Assembly (NCBI GenBank): GCA_907165135.1
Contig: OU015567.1
Coordinates: forward strand, 8,866,001 to 8,930,000
DNA length: 64,000 nucleotides
Reading direction: 5' to 3'
From: Oikopleura dioica
Lineage: Eukaryota; Animalia; Chordata
The notes under the pieces were generated by a model. It was not told the DNA's origin, did not search any database, and worked only from the letters and a program-made list of their open reading frames with translations. This document shows positions 1 through 12,859 of the stretch, piece after piece (positions within the stretch are counted from its first letter, which is position 1; each line of letters starts with the position of its first letter). Both the position numbers and the translations under genes were made by a program.

Positions 1-2659
1 GATAGAATTCTGAACCAAGCTTTTTCTCCGAACAATGTTCGTTTTCATCATCATTTCAGCTTGAAAAGCGCTCATTTTTTACTCTTTTGTTACTAATAAT
101 CACGTATTCTTTGAACGGAAATCTTGAATCGTCATCAAAACATGAAATTTGTCTACCGTAAAAAAAGATAAATAAAATGAACCTTGCCTTGATTCAATGA
201 GCCGCTATTGGACTGGTTTGCCATTGACTCGAGGTGCTCTTCTTTTACGGAGCTCTTCCGCCGCCCGATCTGAAGCGGTTTTGACATCAGGAGCAAAAAA
301 GAAAACTTATTCGAACCCTGATAGATCTGTTGGAAGTGAAAACAAATTCTAGGCGTATTTGAGCGCGTCCTCAGGGCAGGTGGATTCCGTAAATATCTGC
401 CAACAGCGTCCCCCTCCTCCCTAACTTCTTTCAGATCACTTCAGAACATTTTCTATATGCTGATTGTTTGATCTCTTTTATCTGGAATCGAACATAAACC
501 GCTCCTTTTCTATCAAATTTCGAATTAGATTTTTCTCCTAGCGTTTTTTCTCCAATAGCGTTGAGTAGATTCAGATCGATATTCTTTAGTCAAGCTCTTT
601 TAAATTATTCGATGGCGAAATTTTCTCTTTCCGCTGTTATTTATGTAAGGGATCTTATAGGAACTTAGCCAGGATCGTTAATAACTGTGGGCATTATCAA
701 TCACTGGAGCGGGTAATCTCGATTGAGCTTGAAAATTGAGCTACTGTTCAGTTGTAAGAGCTTTTAGTTGTCATCTCAGAGATGCTTGAAGACACCTTAC
801 TACTTATGATCGTTATCAAAATTGAAGTTTTTATGATTTTTCGGCAACTTTGACCTAAAACACAGAAATATTAATGGATTTTTTTTTGCAAATCATCATC
901 TTTGTCGAAGCATGAAATGATATTTTGTCGGCAAGTTTATATTTATGAATTGACAATTCGGGTTCATTAGAGTTAATTCAGCCGCGCTCCAAAGTAATTG
1001 CTCATTAGCAGTGACAAGGATACGCCTTGACGCCGATGGCGGTATCGACAGTGCAATGATTGACTGTTTTCTTGAGATGTGAGGGGCTGGAGACTTGTGA
1101 GTGTGGTTCAACTTGGGCTGAATTATCGCCCACGAGGGGCGAACACACTGCTGCCGGGGAGAGTTCGATGATGCGCGGCGCCCGTCAGCGACATGTGGCT
1201 GGGTGTGTGTCCTTGGGCACACTCTTACTACTCTTGCGCGAGACTTTAACTTTCCCCGCCCGGGCTATCCGCTCCAAATTGTTTCTTCCTTTTGTCATTC
1301 AGCGAAAAAGAGAGGCGTTAATTGAGCACGTGCGTGAGCGAAAAAAGGGATTAGATCACTGCCAGTGGCACCGAAAATAACGTATCTTTCATTCTTCGAC
1401 GTTTAACTTGCCCTTGGAGTCGGCGCATATTCGAAAATCGGAAAAATCAAAAGCCCTGAATTTATGATCGACAGAAGCTGAAACGTCGGATCATTGATTT
1501 TTATTGACGCATTCAAGAAGAGGGTCAAATTGGCAGAAAAGCAGACAACTGAAAAATCGCAGTTAAGAAGAATTAACGCGCAAAGAGAGAGTCTGTTTTG
1601 AAAACAACGAAGATACAAGTTATCACAAAAATCATGGGAAACTGCTGCGCAAGACCCAATGGAACAAAGGTAGCAAAACACTCGTCAACTCATTCATTTC
1701 GAACTTATTATTGTCGGACTAGAAAACAATAAGACAAAAAACGACCGCATTTTGGCCATCCAACGTCATAAATTTTTGAGGAGCCATGGCCCATGGGCTA
1801 GTGTCCGCAGTAATACATAAATCAAAATCGATAAAGTGGAATGGAAATTTTAAATATTAATTCTCATCCTTTCTATTAGCGTCCGTTTATCTGGACTACT
1901 CGATCTCTATTCAATTAGCTATTGTCGAGCTTGATTTAGAATTTAAATTTTAAACACTTAATAATCGTGGCCGTTAACTGATTTTTGCCGAAAAGAAGAG
2001 GTCTGGAGATCAATTTCTAATCAGGCATCATTCTCGCAAATCCACACTTGCTAGTTCATCATTAGTTTCTGATCGATTGCTGCTATTAGTAGATGAATAT
2101 ATATGTATGCAGAAGTTTTGACGCAATGTGAATTTGAACCTCGTTACATTATTATTAGAAATGTAATTTATTCAGATGAGCAGTTGGCTGCCGATACGCT
2201 CCTTGAGAGAAAGAAAGTACAAATCAGAATATGCAGCGCCGAAAATTGTAATCGAGCCTCCCACTCCTTCCCCTGGTGCATCATTCACAGAAAGGAAATG
2301 GTTTTTTAAAAATTTAATCAGCAGTATCTTCACCTCAATTCTTAATTGATCAAACAGAAGTTATACCTAATTAGTTTATTTAAAATCCGTTTCGATAGCC
2401 CAAGAATGTCAGTTCAAATGGAAAATGGAACAGTAAGGAATTGATGCTTAAGAAACTCCCTAACCTTCACTGTCAATAAAACAACTGTAACTTGCTGAAC
2501 TTTTACTGACGAACACCTGCTTTGTGCAAAATATTAGCAACTCATCAGAAAAAAAACTAAAAGCTACTCCTATCTGTAGCTCAGAAAAGAAAGAAATAAA
2601 ACTGTTAATATTATCAGTTGTCTGATTTATTCCTTCATCAATTTTGGGCAGCGTGTGAG

Positions 2660-3518
2660 CAGGGCTGCACAATTGGATTGGAATCCAATTGGTTTCCAAT
2701 TCCAATTGGATTGGATTGGTAAATTGGTTGGAAAAAAGGCGGGAAAATCAGGGTCTGTCCAATTGGACAGCCCTTCCAATTGGAAAATGGGGGTCCAATT
2801 GGCACCTGGTCGCCAATTGGTAAATTGGCAAAATGATTGGATCGAAGCACCTCTTTCCATGCGGAAATGCCAGATTATGCTTGAATCAGTGGCTCAAACG
2901 ACCAGTTGGGCAATAATTTTCGATCTTTAAGTCAAAAGAATTGGACTGATGGTGGGATTTTCGATAGATAAGGGCTAGAAAAATAAGTTTCGAGGGACTA
3001 TTGATTCAGTTAGAGGAGCAAGAGGGCAAAAATAGTTGTAAAGAATGCAAAAATTAGCGAAATTTAGGAATTTTCTTCGGCGAGGGCTTGCCAAACTGCC
3101 CGAAAGCGCCGAATTGCCCGAAAGTGCCCATATTGCCCAAATGTCCGAAATGCCCGCTCTTGCCCGGCCAAATTTTAGGGGCTTAAGCTAAAGCTCCGAA
3201 TGCTCGGCCGAACGCTTTTTCCCCGAATGCCCGATGCCGATTTGCTTTAAAAATTCCCTCGTTTGTAAATTTTAAAGGATTATTTTAAATGAACTCATTA
3301 AAAAAACTGAGTTTTCCAATTAGAATCCGATTTTTTTCGCGGACCAATCGGCAATTGGAATCTTGCTTCCAATTGGCAAGAGTTTTCCAATTGGACAGTC
3401 AAATTCCAATTGGAATTGGAATTGGATTGGAATTTGGTTGGATTGGCAAAATTTGGGTTGGATTGGATTGGCAGTTGGTTGGAAAAATCCAAATTTTTTT
3501 GCCAATTGTGCAGCCCTG
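2660..3518. mobile_element. Non-autonomous DNA transposon (MITE-like), 859 bp, with 17-bp terminal inverted repeats and a 7-bp target-site duplication
   Basis: CAGGGCTGCACAATTGG at 2660-2676 and its exact reverse complement CCAATTGTGCAGCCCTG at 3502-3518. GTGTGAG flanks both sides (2653-2659, 3519-3525). Subterminal arrays of CCAATTGG/ATTGG; no coding capacity. Confidence 0.85.
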
Positions 3519-4395
3519 GTGTGAGACAATCAAATGTCTAATTTTTCATTTTCAAAGTGAGTTCCTTTCGCTAGTTCTTTAAATTCCGCCTTGGCGGCTT
3601 TCAGTTCTTTTTTCAACCTTGCTGTTTCACTCGAAACAGAAGACTTGAAGAAAACGCTGCTGAAAATCGCCTTCATCAATTTTTACTAAACTCAAGCTAC
3701 TGTAAGAATTAAGTACTGTAGAAAGGATGATAGACGAGTTCCTATTTGGCTGCTGTCTATGGACGGATAATTTGCTTGACTTCAATTCTGCCTCTGCGAC
3801 CTTTCAGTCCGAGTTGATATGAATTTTTCTTTTCAACAAATGAATACTCAATGACGACAGAATGACTACTGCAACAACTCTGCCTGCATCTCTCGAATGT
3901 TACGCAGTCGGGCGACCAGAATATTTTCTTTTTCGTTTTGAGCACTTAGGTGGACTTTCAATTTAATCTGCCAGATTTGCTTTTCGATTTCGGAAAAAGT
4001 TTCCATTAGACCCCCAAGTATCATACCTTTTAGAATCGTCTTTAGCTGCTCTTTTCCCATATGGAAGCCGATTTTTGAATTTCGGACTTTTTATCGGATT
4101 TTTATCGGTTTTTGTGATTTCTAATGCATTATTCAAGTCCCTATAAGTTCCAAACGATTCTAGTTTTTAATTTTTTGCTCGATAAATAAAAATATCTCGT
4201 CGAGAGGATTCTAAAAGGTGTTAAAGTACTAGATTGGGACAATCAGGTGGAAATTAAGGTGCACCCTTGGCAGATTAAATTGAAAGTCCACCTTAGCTCC
4301 ATTTTTATTACTTTTCTCCTCTGAAATCAACGAAGAGATTATCATCAAACAAAGGGCAGTAAAAAGGCAGTTTACAGTACTAGTCAAATACAGTC

Positions 4396-4890
4396 TCAAA
4401 AGTCAGCATTGCCCTCTTTGTACTCTTTCATTTGCACAAGAAATCGTTCCTCTAGCAGTGACAGTTCTAATGAACAAAATTGATTGAAATAATTTGAAAA
4501 TGAAAATTTACCAGAAAGAAGATCAGTAATCGCATTTGTGAAAGCATCTTGAGGAGTGTAATCCTTCGTGGTTTGTACCCTGATGATTACTTTGTTCTCA
4601 AGAGGATGAGGGTTTTTGTAGCCGGCGAAAAGAACCTAGCAATATTTCGGCTAATCAACGAACTAATCCAGCAAGTGCTACCTTGGGATCTCGAAGAAGC
4701 TGAGTTTTGAGAATATTCCCCAAAGTGTGATCCTCTTTGTTCAATGTGAACAGGCACGCGTCTAAATTAAAATCTCAAGGTTACAGACAGCCAAGTTTCT
4801 ATTACCGGGAACATTAACTTCCTTCTTGACTTCGATCTTCTTCTCTCCATCATAAAGCATAAACGATTCGAATCGAGGAGGAGCATTCAT
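4396..4890 (-). CDS. POLR2J: RNA polymerase II subunit RPB11 (4 exons)
   Basis: Manually spliced: [21 protein letters not shown]... [75 protein letters not shown], near-identical to RPB11. Confidence 0.95.
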
Positions 4891-5048
4891 TTTTCTTCAC
4901 TTTCTTGAAAATTAAATTATTGAAGTTTGAATGGGAGATAGTTTCTTCAGCTGAATACTGCAAAAACGAAAAGATAAGATGGATAAACGAGCGAGTGTTT
5001 CTGAACACTTGGAACTTGGAATAACAGGTAGAGAAATAGAGAAATCGT

Positions 5049-7442
5049 TTAAAATGAAGAATGATCTTGGGAATTAGTGAAGACTGCGATTGGTAAAAAT
5101 CTGCTTTGAGTGGGCTTGATCTGAACATTTTATGTTAAAAACTATTGAAAAATTTCTATTGACCTGGAAAAATGAAATATTTTCGAACTCCTGGCCATCG
5201 ATGGAAACTCGCGCTGTAACTGACTTTTCCCTAGGCTTGAAGACGACGCGCGATGCAATTTCTCGACGCTCGCGGACACTCGCGTCATTATCTAATAAAG
5301 TATTCAATGATTTACAATGATGGGAAAAGTAGTTACCTTTTTTCTTCAATCCCGGGAGATTAGGACGCGTTCGCCGCCGGGAAATGAACTTCATTAATAT
5401 CGATGATTTCATCGGGTGGAATTCGAGTATTTTCAGCGTCTCTTTGATGCTGTGCTTTGTCTAAAATTTGGTTAGTACAGTATGAATGCGCAAGCCAACC
5501 TGTTTTTCGTCATCAGAAAGCCAGTACTCAACAACGACGTTGAGCTTTTCAGAAGATTGTATCCCGCCGTATCCATTAGCATTTGATGTATAAGGGCTAA
5601 AACAGATGTAGTTTCGTTAATAACACTTTTTTTCTCTACCTAGAAGTCGGACTCAAGGTAAATCGACCATCATCAGACTCGGAATCGTCTTCGGTTTCAA
5701 GGACAGCAAGTTCAACACAGAAGGGAATGACTTGATGCCCATCTGATTGGACATCCGATAAAGATAGCATTGCTTCGGATACAGGAAGATGTGCAACGTG
5801 ATTCGCGTCTATAATTATTTTTAAGCGAATTTTATCGGGTTTCCTACCCAGTTGAATTGACGATAACTTCTCAGAAATCCGGTTCAAGTCATTGGACTCT
5901 AACTCGCTATCAAGAAACAGTTTCTTGAAGGTCCCACATGTCTCGCCTATCTTCTTACAGAGATGGCTTTTTCCCACTTCGTCGAGAGGGATGAAAAAGA
6001 AGGAGATAAAGTTTTCGTTCATCTTTTTCGAGATTTTTTCGAAATAAAACTTGACTACGAAGTTGATATCTGGGGAGGTTCCGTGGACGCAGAACTTTAA
6101 CGGGTCTTCTGGAAGATTATCGGGATCGCTTTCGAGGAGGACTTGGAGGAAAGTTTCGAGGAGAAGTTGGAGTTGATCCGGCGCGACGTCGATGATTATG
6201 AAGGAGGAATTGATTGTTGACAATTTATCGATTAAACTTTCTGTAGCTTGAGATTGGACAATAACGAGTGTTGGTTTCAAGTTTTCTACTGCTTCGCTGA
6301 GACTTTGTTTTATCTTCTTTAGTTTTTCTGGATTCTTGTCGCACGTGATTGACCCGCGCGCTCGCGATGGAGGCTTTTCGCTGGTTTCTGGGAAATCATC
6401 TTGAGTAGTTGAGCTCTCGGATTTTGTTCGTTGATTCTCTTCGATAAGCCTTGGCATGGCTGATTTATTGCTACCGCTTCTTCGGCCTGATGAATAGGCG
6501 CCAATTGAGTTTCGAGCATGGAGGGAGCATTGTGAAGCGCTGTCAAAATATGGCTGGAGACTTGAATTCAAATGAGGACCAGTTGATGGTTTTAGTTTTT
6601 ACCTTGGTCTTGGGGTCGAGGCAATGCTCACACTATCGGCAAAGATTTCCTCTTCGTCCGAACTAACACCAAGATCGTCCAAATCATCGTACAACTGCAG
6701 CTCAGATAGATCCATCGTTTCGACTTGGTCCATGTCAATATCTTCTGGATTGATATGGGGGTTCTTTTTGATGACGCGTTCGAGCAGTTTGCTCAAAACA
6801 GCTGATTTGACCCTTGATGCCATGGAGAAAGAGTTTTTCATCTTTCTATCGTTCGGATTTGCTTCTTCGTCGTCGGAAGAATCCGATTGTGGGAAGTTTC
6901 CGTGGTCGTCTTCAGTTGGAATCGAAGAGACTTCTGATATCTCCAACTCGCCGATCTCATGGTGCTTTATGTCCCTCGAAATGCTGTCTGATTTGAAAAG
7001 TTTGATTGAAAAGCTTTTTGAAGGTGGAAGCTGAATAATTTCGTCCAAGTTTATTTGTCCTCGCGCGAGTGTTTTGTAACCAGGCACAGCTGCAGTTCTG
7101 TATCTCCGCTTTTTCTGCAGCGAAATATAGAGAATGTTTGAGCGGTTTTTCGTGAAATGCTGGTACTCGAAACTCATGTTCTGGGCGAACTCTTTCTCCA
7201 AAGAAGAAATGCAGATTTCATCCCTTAAATTTGAGTTCAAAATCATCAAAAGAACGTTTCGATTTTTACCCTCTTGCTTGAGGTCTTCTGCTGTTCGCCT
7301 GTAAAGTTATGAAGAAGGAGAGGCTGTCCCGCTTCTCAAGAGGCTTGGCAAGAGTGAGACGAGATATTTGAATGCAGCAGCTTCTTGGGACCGATGGGTT
7401 TGACAAAAAGTCCCCTGCGCGTTGTGCAAAAGTCCGACTCAT
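5049..7442 (-). CDS. PACS: Phosphofurin acidic cluster sorting protein (PACS1/2 family), multi-exon
   Basis: N-terminal FBR-like SVPRSCCIQISRL... QKKRRYRTAAVPGYKTLARGQINL; acidic LYDDLD..SSDEEE region; C-terminal RVSIDGQEFENISFFQ..RFLPIAVF matches the PACS VSIDGVEWNDVKFFQ..HFPVGLF motif. Confidence 0.9.
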
Positions 7443-7682
7443 ATTCTACGATGTTGCATTTTTCTCTGAAAAGAAAACATCTATAAATTGACAAATATTC
7501 CATTTATTAGTGAGAAACAAGAATAAGCAATCAATTTTTCGGACAATTTTAATTTTAAGAGAAAGAATTAAAGAGAGAAGACGACTTTGAATCGATGATA
7601 ACTGGGGCATGAAAATCTAAGAAGATCGAGACGATCGGTCAGCGAAGATGGTCAGAGTAAAGGCAGTTGAAATAATTGGAAA

Positions 7683-10135
7683 CTAGTATCGCGATTCAAA
7701 GGAGCCATTGCCGCCGTAGGAAATTCCTGAGACACCGGTGTTGTAGCCTCCCTCAGTGTTGGCGTATCGAGACTTTGGCGGGCTGGAGCGATAGGAAGAG
7801 CGGCCGTAATCGTAGCCCTGGGAGTCGCCTTTGCCTCGAGAGTAAGGAACGATCGGAGATCGAGATCGCGTGGAACCGCCGAAGCCATACTCGTCGTCGT
7901 CTTTACTCAGAAGGGTCAGTTTTCCGTCTTTTTTTGTTCAAAAATCGTTATTTATTATTGCCTACTTTTAAGGGACCCCGCCGACCGAGCCGCGCGCGCG
8001 TGTCACGCTCTTTTTCCTTGCAACTTTTCATCAGGATCTTTTCATTCGATTTTAATGAAATTTTACATACCAACTAAACTTTTTATTCTCTTTCTCATAG
8101 ACTTTTTAAAATTCTCATATCTTTCGGCTACGCCGAGTTATTGCTGAATCTTGGGCGCCCGCTTTCAAGTGTACATAAGTACTCGAAATCTTCGGATTGA
8201 CACTTCGAGACTACCATCATTGAAAAGCCCGGGCTTTCTTTGACAAGGCCTACTTATTGAGATTTCCTGGAAGCGTTTACTTAACTCGGTCGGCGGGGTC
8301 CCTTAAAGTGGGTCCCAGCGTGGCCTTCCACTAGACAAGTTAAACGGTCCAATTTAGAGTAAATATTTCTGATTTTCGAACCATTCCTAATTCAGCCTGA
8401 TGGAGAAGAATTTGCGATTTGATTTCAGCTCTATCTCTGATAAGACGCAAGAACTCTGGTGGAGGAGGAGGAAGATCTCGAGACTCAGCTGGGTAGGAAA
8501 GCAACTGACGCTCATAAGGATGAATGGTCTAAAGCGGTTTAAAATCGGATGGCGGTTAAACAAGTGTAATTCGATTACAACTCGCTCAGAAGAGAACGAA
8601 GAGAAATTGAACTTTGGTACCTCGAGTCTTTTTCGACGAACGATAAGCCCGTCAATATCGTTGGGACGAACGAGACGGACATTTGGCCGCTGCCCGGAGA
8701 GCTGCGAGAAATCATCGTAACAAAACCGAGGCGGGCCGGCGGGGCGAATTGGTGGGGGAGGACCGCCAAAACCACCGCCAAAATCATTAACACCGGCAAG
8801 ACCCATTGGAAGATTTCCCATCATACCGGGACCCTGATTACGAGTTCAAAAATGCGCGAAGAAGGGGAACCATCGAAGCTCGAAAATCAGATGAGCTTTG
8901 AAATGGACTCAAATAGGGAAAAGGAGGGACTGTGAAACTCGATCCTGACGATCCTGACCGCCTTGATTGTGTTTGGAAAACTGGACTTTGATAGTCTTGC
9001 CGAAGAAGTACGAGTTATTGATAGCATTGATAGCACGCTGGGCATAACGCTCGTCGATTCGGATAAAAGCTAAGGAAGATTGGATTAGCAAAATGAGATT
9101 TTAGTGGATATCAAAGATTCCAAGATTTTCCGAATCTCAAGGGTTCCAAATCAAGAAGAAATGGCCTGAAATGCGAACTTCTAAGAGCGAGTTCAACATG
9201 GAATCCTATTTTTCTCGAAGAAGAGAAGACCTAAAAGGGAAGAAAAAGATGGACTGTACCGATATGCTTCGACTTGATCATTTCCGCTTCTTCAACAGAT
9301 CCATACAAATCAAACTTTTTCCGCAAGATTTCAGAGTGATCCAAAGAGCAATCAGGCAAATTAGCGACGTGAAGCTTTGCCTACAAAAAACTTTAAAACC
9401 TGTCTTCAATCAACATTTTCAGTACCTTAGGAGCGCGCTTATCATAGTGCGGTTTATCCTGAAGCGTTCCATACTCAATCTTCAATTTTCTTCCATCATA
9501 ATCTTGGCCATTCAAACCGACCATCGCAAGTTCTGGGGCTTTTTCATCGATGTGGACGAAAACAATATCGCGATTTTGAATCGAGTGGACTTCATGGACC
9601 TTTCCGTACTCCTCTGAAAGAAAAATTACAAATTCTTTAAAATGTGAGAAAGAACTTGCTCACCGAATATTTTCTTGACTCTGTCGACATCGGGATTCAT
9701 TCCAACTCCGGCGACATGAAGCTTGACAGTTCCATTGTTGCTTCGATCACGATCGAAATTTCGATTCTCGCGGTTGTTTCCTCCTGAGTTGTTACTTCCA
9801 CGGGGCTTTCCAAGCGACATTTCGACATTTAGCTGCCTTCCTGAAGGGTTTGGGAAATTATAGCCCTTCCAGGGATCCAGTAAGCTCTCACCTTTGAATT
9901 CAGCATTGTCCATCTTTTCAACAGCGAGGAGAGCTGCTTCTTCCGTGTCGAAGCCCACAAATCCATAAGAACTAGAGAGAAACATGAAAGAACCAACCCT
10001 TTTCCCATGACTTTACCCTTTCAAATCGACTTCAGCAACTTTTCCAAACTCCGAAAACTTCTCTCTGATGTCAGAATAAGAAACCTGCTGCGTGTTTCCG
10101 ACGAAAATTCGAAATTGTCCTCGACGATCTCCCAT
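7683..10135 (-). CDS. Three-RRM RNA-binding protein with Gly/Pro and Arg/Ser/Tyr-rich tail (RBM4/RBM14/lark-like); probably alternative last exons
   Basis: RNP motifs FRIFVGN / YGFVGF, KLHVAG / IVFVHI and KLHVAN / AFIRI in successive exons, then GGFGGPPPP and an RSRSP/SYR-rich exon ending at 7683. An alternative exon ends GPRRPS* near 8281. Confidence 0.8.
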
Positions 10136-10401
10136 TCTTTCAAAAGGGACTTCTCTTTCCGACGAAAGTGAATTCGCGTGAGTCTGGAAAAAAGCGAAAG
10201 TTTTTTTACAAGCGGAGCTGATTGGAGGAAAAACGCGCGCTCTTTCTCGAGATGATCTGAATTATGAGGATCGATCAGAAATCTGCTTTTTTCGAAGAGG
10301 AAGATTTGGGGAGGCTAAAAATGACATTTATTCCAATAAATTTGAACTTTCTTTCAGAAACGGTTACTAATTTGCAGTGGCAGGGGAAAAGGGCTCTAGT
10401 T

Positions 10402-11205
10402 TTAGTCGGTGGTATCGTCGTCAGTCTCCTCGTCTGTGTCGTCGACCTCGGATTGAGTTACAGGCATCTCGGCGTTGAAGAATTTGTACTTGGCACTCTT
10501 CTTTCGGTTGTTTGGTTTCCAGGGAACGTAGCCGAGCTTCTGGCAGATCGCCTTTCGCTCTCGCCACCCCGAATCTGGACCCTCGTGGACGTTTGGATAT
10601 GGGGAGATCATCTTGTCCTGAAGTGCCTTCTTGATATTCTCCTTCTTCACGTTAACCAAGTTTTCTTAAAAAATAAAGTAAATGCATGTAATCAAATAAG
10701 GAGGGCGCTTTGAATCTTACCCTGTTTCTCAGCCGACCAGCGGAGCCCATCGTTGTAGGCCACAGTCCATTTGACCCAGATTCGGTGCTCCTCGTCTTGA
10801 AAAAATATTTTTGGCTCAGTTTTAGTGTGATTTTTACCTGGCTTCAAGTAGTACTGGGCTTTCATTACTCCGTCATCGTTGCGAACTTTTCGCTTTCCCC
10901 AGGACAGGCTCAACCCGCCGAGTTGCTAAATAAATAAATCAATTTTAAATTTGATATTTTTTAAATAAAATTACCTCGAGTTCCCACTCGGCTGATTCAT
11001 CAAACTCCTGCGCCGCCTTCTGAACATCTTGATCATCTTCCGACTCTTCGTCGATTGACTCTCTTTCACGCTCCTCCTCGGCGTCTTTCGAAGCTCTTGA
11101 AAGTCGTCGTTTTTTGTTGAGACTTTCGCGCTTAGTCACGGCCCCGCGAAGAATCTTCGACACCTTGTTCTTCTGGTGCGTGCTCTTTTTCGCCTTGTTC
11201 TTCAT
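10402..11205 (-). CDS. Basic/acidic protein with a divergent chromodomain-like module (3-4 exons)
   Basis: Lys/Arg-rich N-terminus and acidic tract, then EWELE..RIWVKWTVAYNDGLRWSAEKQENL, resembling the chromodomain pattern YEVE..YLVKW.GY..TWEPEENL. GT-AG-like introns lie between the ORF pieces. Confidence 0.45.
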
Positions 11206-12097
11206 TTTTTCAAAATTTAAAAGCGAGAGCGAATATTTTGAAAATGAAGAATTGTCCGCAGATCACTGGATCGAAGAAAACAAATGGCCAATTAGAATCA
11301 AGAAAGTATATGCGTGGTTTGACTTCAAATCTAGAAAGGCATATTCTCGGCGGTGACTCTCCAACGCTGTTGTGTTGGAGAATTTGAAATCAGCAAAAAT
11401 CTGAAATAAATTTTTGACTCATTTCTATGTCAAAATTTTGCATCATCTCAGAATTTTGCAACAACCGAGTCATTTTTTTCCATATTGCTGAGATCTCAAA
11501 ATCTCAAATCCCAAAATTTGGGAACCGCGCAGGGGCCGGAGATAAACTTCGCGCGCTTAGAGCAAGACTCGTGATTGGTTCAGATAGGTCCGAAATGCTT
11601 GAGATTTCAGAATCTCAAATGTCATTTAATTGCAATGCGCGTATCCAACTTACGCCGTTTTTGAGAAAATTAAGATCCAAGCATTTCAATTACAAAGTTA
11701 ACTCAAAAATTGGCCACCCAAAATTTGGCCGCTTTTTGTCTAAATTCGCTATTTTTGGAACCTGAAATCAACCCAAAAATTAGCCGCTTTTTCAAAAATA
11801 AGTAATTTTCCATCATCATTGGGCCCAAATGATGCCATTGTGATCATTTTTTGATTTTTAAAAGTGTTTAAATCATTAAAATGACTAAATTCTAATAAGA
11901 ATGTCTTCAAACAAGCAAAAATTTGAATGAAATTCATCAAAAATGTGAAAATCATGCCGATTTTTGAAAATTTCGAAAATTTTTTAAAAATTGAAAATTG
12001 AGATTTCAGACAGAAAATTTGCTGAGATCTCATTTTTGACATGGTTTGAGATTGCTGATTCATATTTTTTGGGTGTCTGCTCCCGAGAATGCGAGAG

Positions 12098-12180
12098 GTC
12101 GTCATTTGCCCAAGTCGTCATCTGCCCAAGTCGTCATCTGCCCAACTTGGGCAAATGACGATCTTGGGTGAAAGACGATC
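12098..12180. repeat. 16-bp unit GTCGTCAT(T/C)TGCCCAA x3 followed by inverted copies (palindromic cluster 1)
   Basis: Units at 12098-12113, 12114-12129 and 12130-12145; near-perfect inverted unit TTGGGCAAATGACGAT at 12147-12162. Confidence 0.85.
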
Positions 12181-12814
12181 TGTAATTTAATTATTATTTA
12201 AAAAAAGCTTTTCTGTGTTTCACAGGAACGGACTCATCACTGTCCAATTCCGGAAGTCCGGTCCATATATTTTAATAGCAAAGACTTACTCAGTTGGGCC
12301 TCGATTTTCTAAAAAATATCCTGAAATTCAGAGTATCATACTCTTCCATACTTGGAACTAGCTTCCGGAGGAGATTCATAACTTCTCTCTACTTTTCAAA
12401 AGTTATTACTCAAGATCAAATGTGAACCAAGACTCGGCCCGAGTACCCTCGGTTCCACTGGGACTGTTCCACTTCGACATTTTAATTCAATTAATTCAAA
12501 CAAAATTTCATTCAAAGTTCAGACTAAACACAAAACCGACTTTAGCACCTTTTTCCGGCGCCAAGCGTCAGCAAGGCGTATAGGTACGCGCAGTTTATTA
12601 GAATAGGCTATTGTTGGCGAAAACTCATTACATCTTGCTTTACGAAACGATGCTAATGTCCCAGATGAAATTGTTTTCTCAACAAAAACTGTCGAATTCG
12701 AAATGATAAGAGGCCACCTTCCTGCGAGCAGTCTTCTTGCAAGTAGTCAGTTAAACTTTTATCTTGCTGCATTTTTCTTAAATTTTGAATTCAATTGCAT
12801 AGTCATTCACGCAG

Positions 12815-12859
12815 GTCGTCATTTGCCCAAGTTGGGCAGATGACGATCTTGGGCAGATG
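12815..12859. repeat. Second palindromic cluster of the same 16-bp unit
   Basis: GTCGTCATTTGCCCAA (12815-12830), G, TTGGGCAGATGACGAT, C, TTGGGCAGATG. Confidence 0.85.

Noticed and set aside
1-2600. Short ORFs (896-1222, 1060-1380, 1403-1681, 2103-2309) and exon-like minus-strand pieces
   Set aside because: No recognisable motifs and no consistent spliced model could be built by eye; a gene may still be present.
2670-3510. CCAATTGG repeat arrays as a CRISPR array
   Set aside because: No constant-length repeat and unique-spacer periodicity, no cas genes, eukaryotic context; TIRs and a TSD explain it as a transposon.
3540-4330. Possible small gene downstream of POLR2J
   Set aside because: Several stop-free pieces with plausible splice sites, but no coherent or identifiable product.
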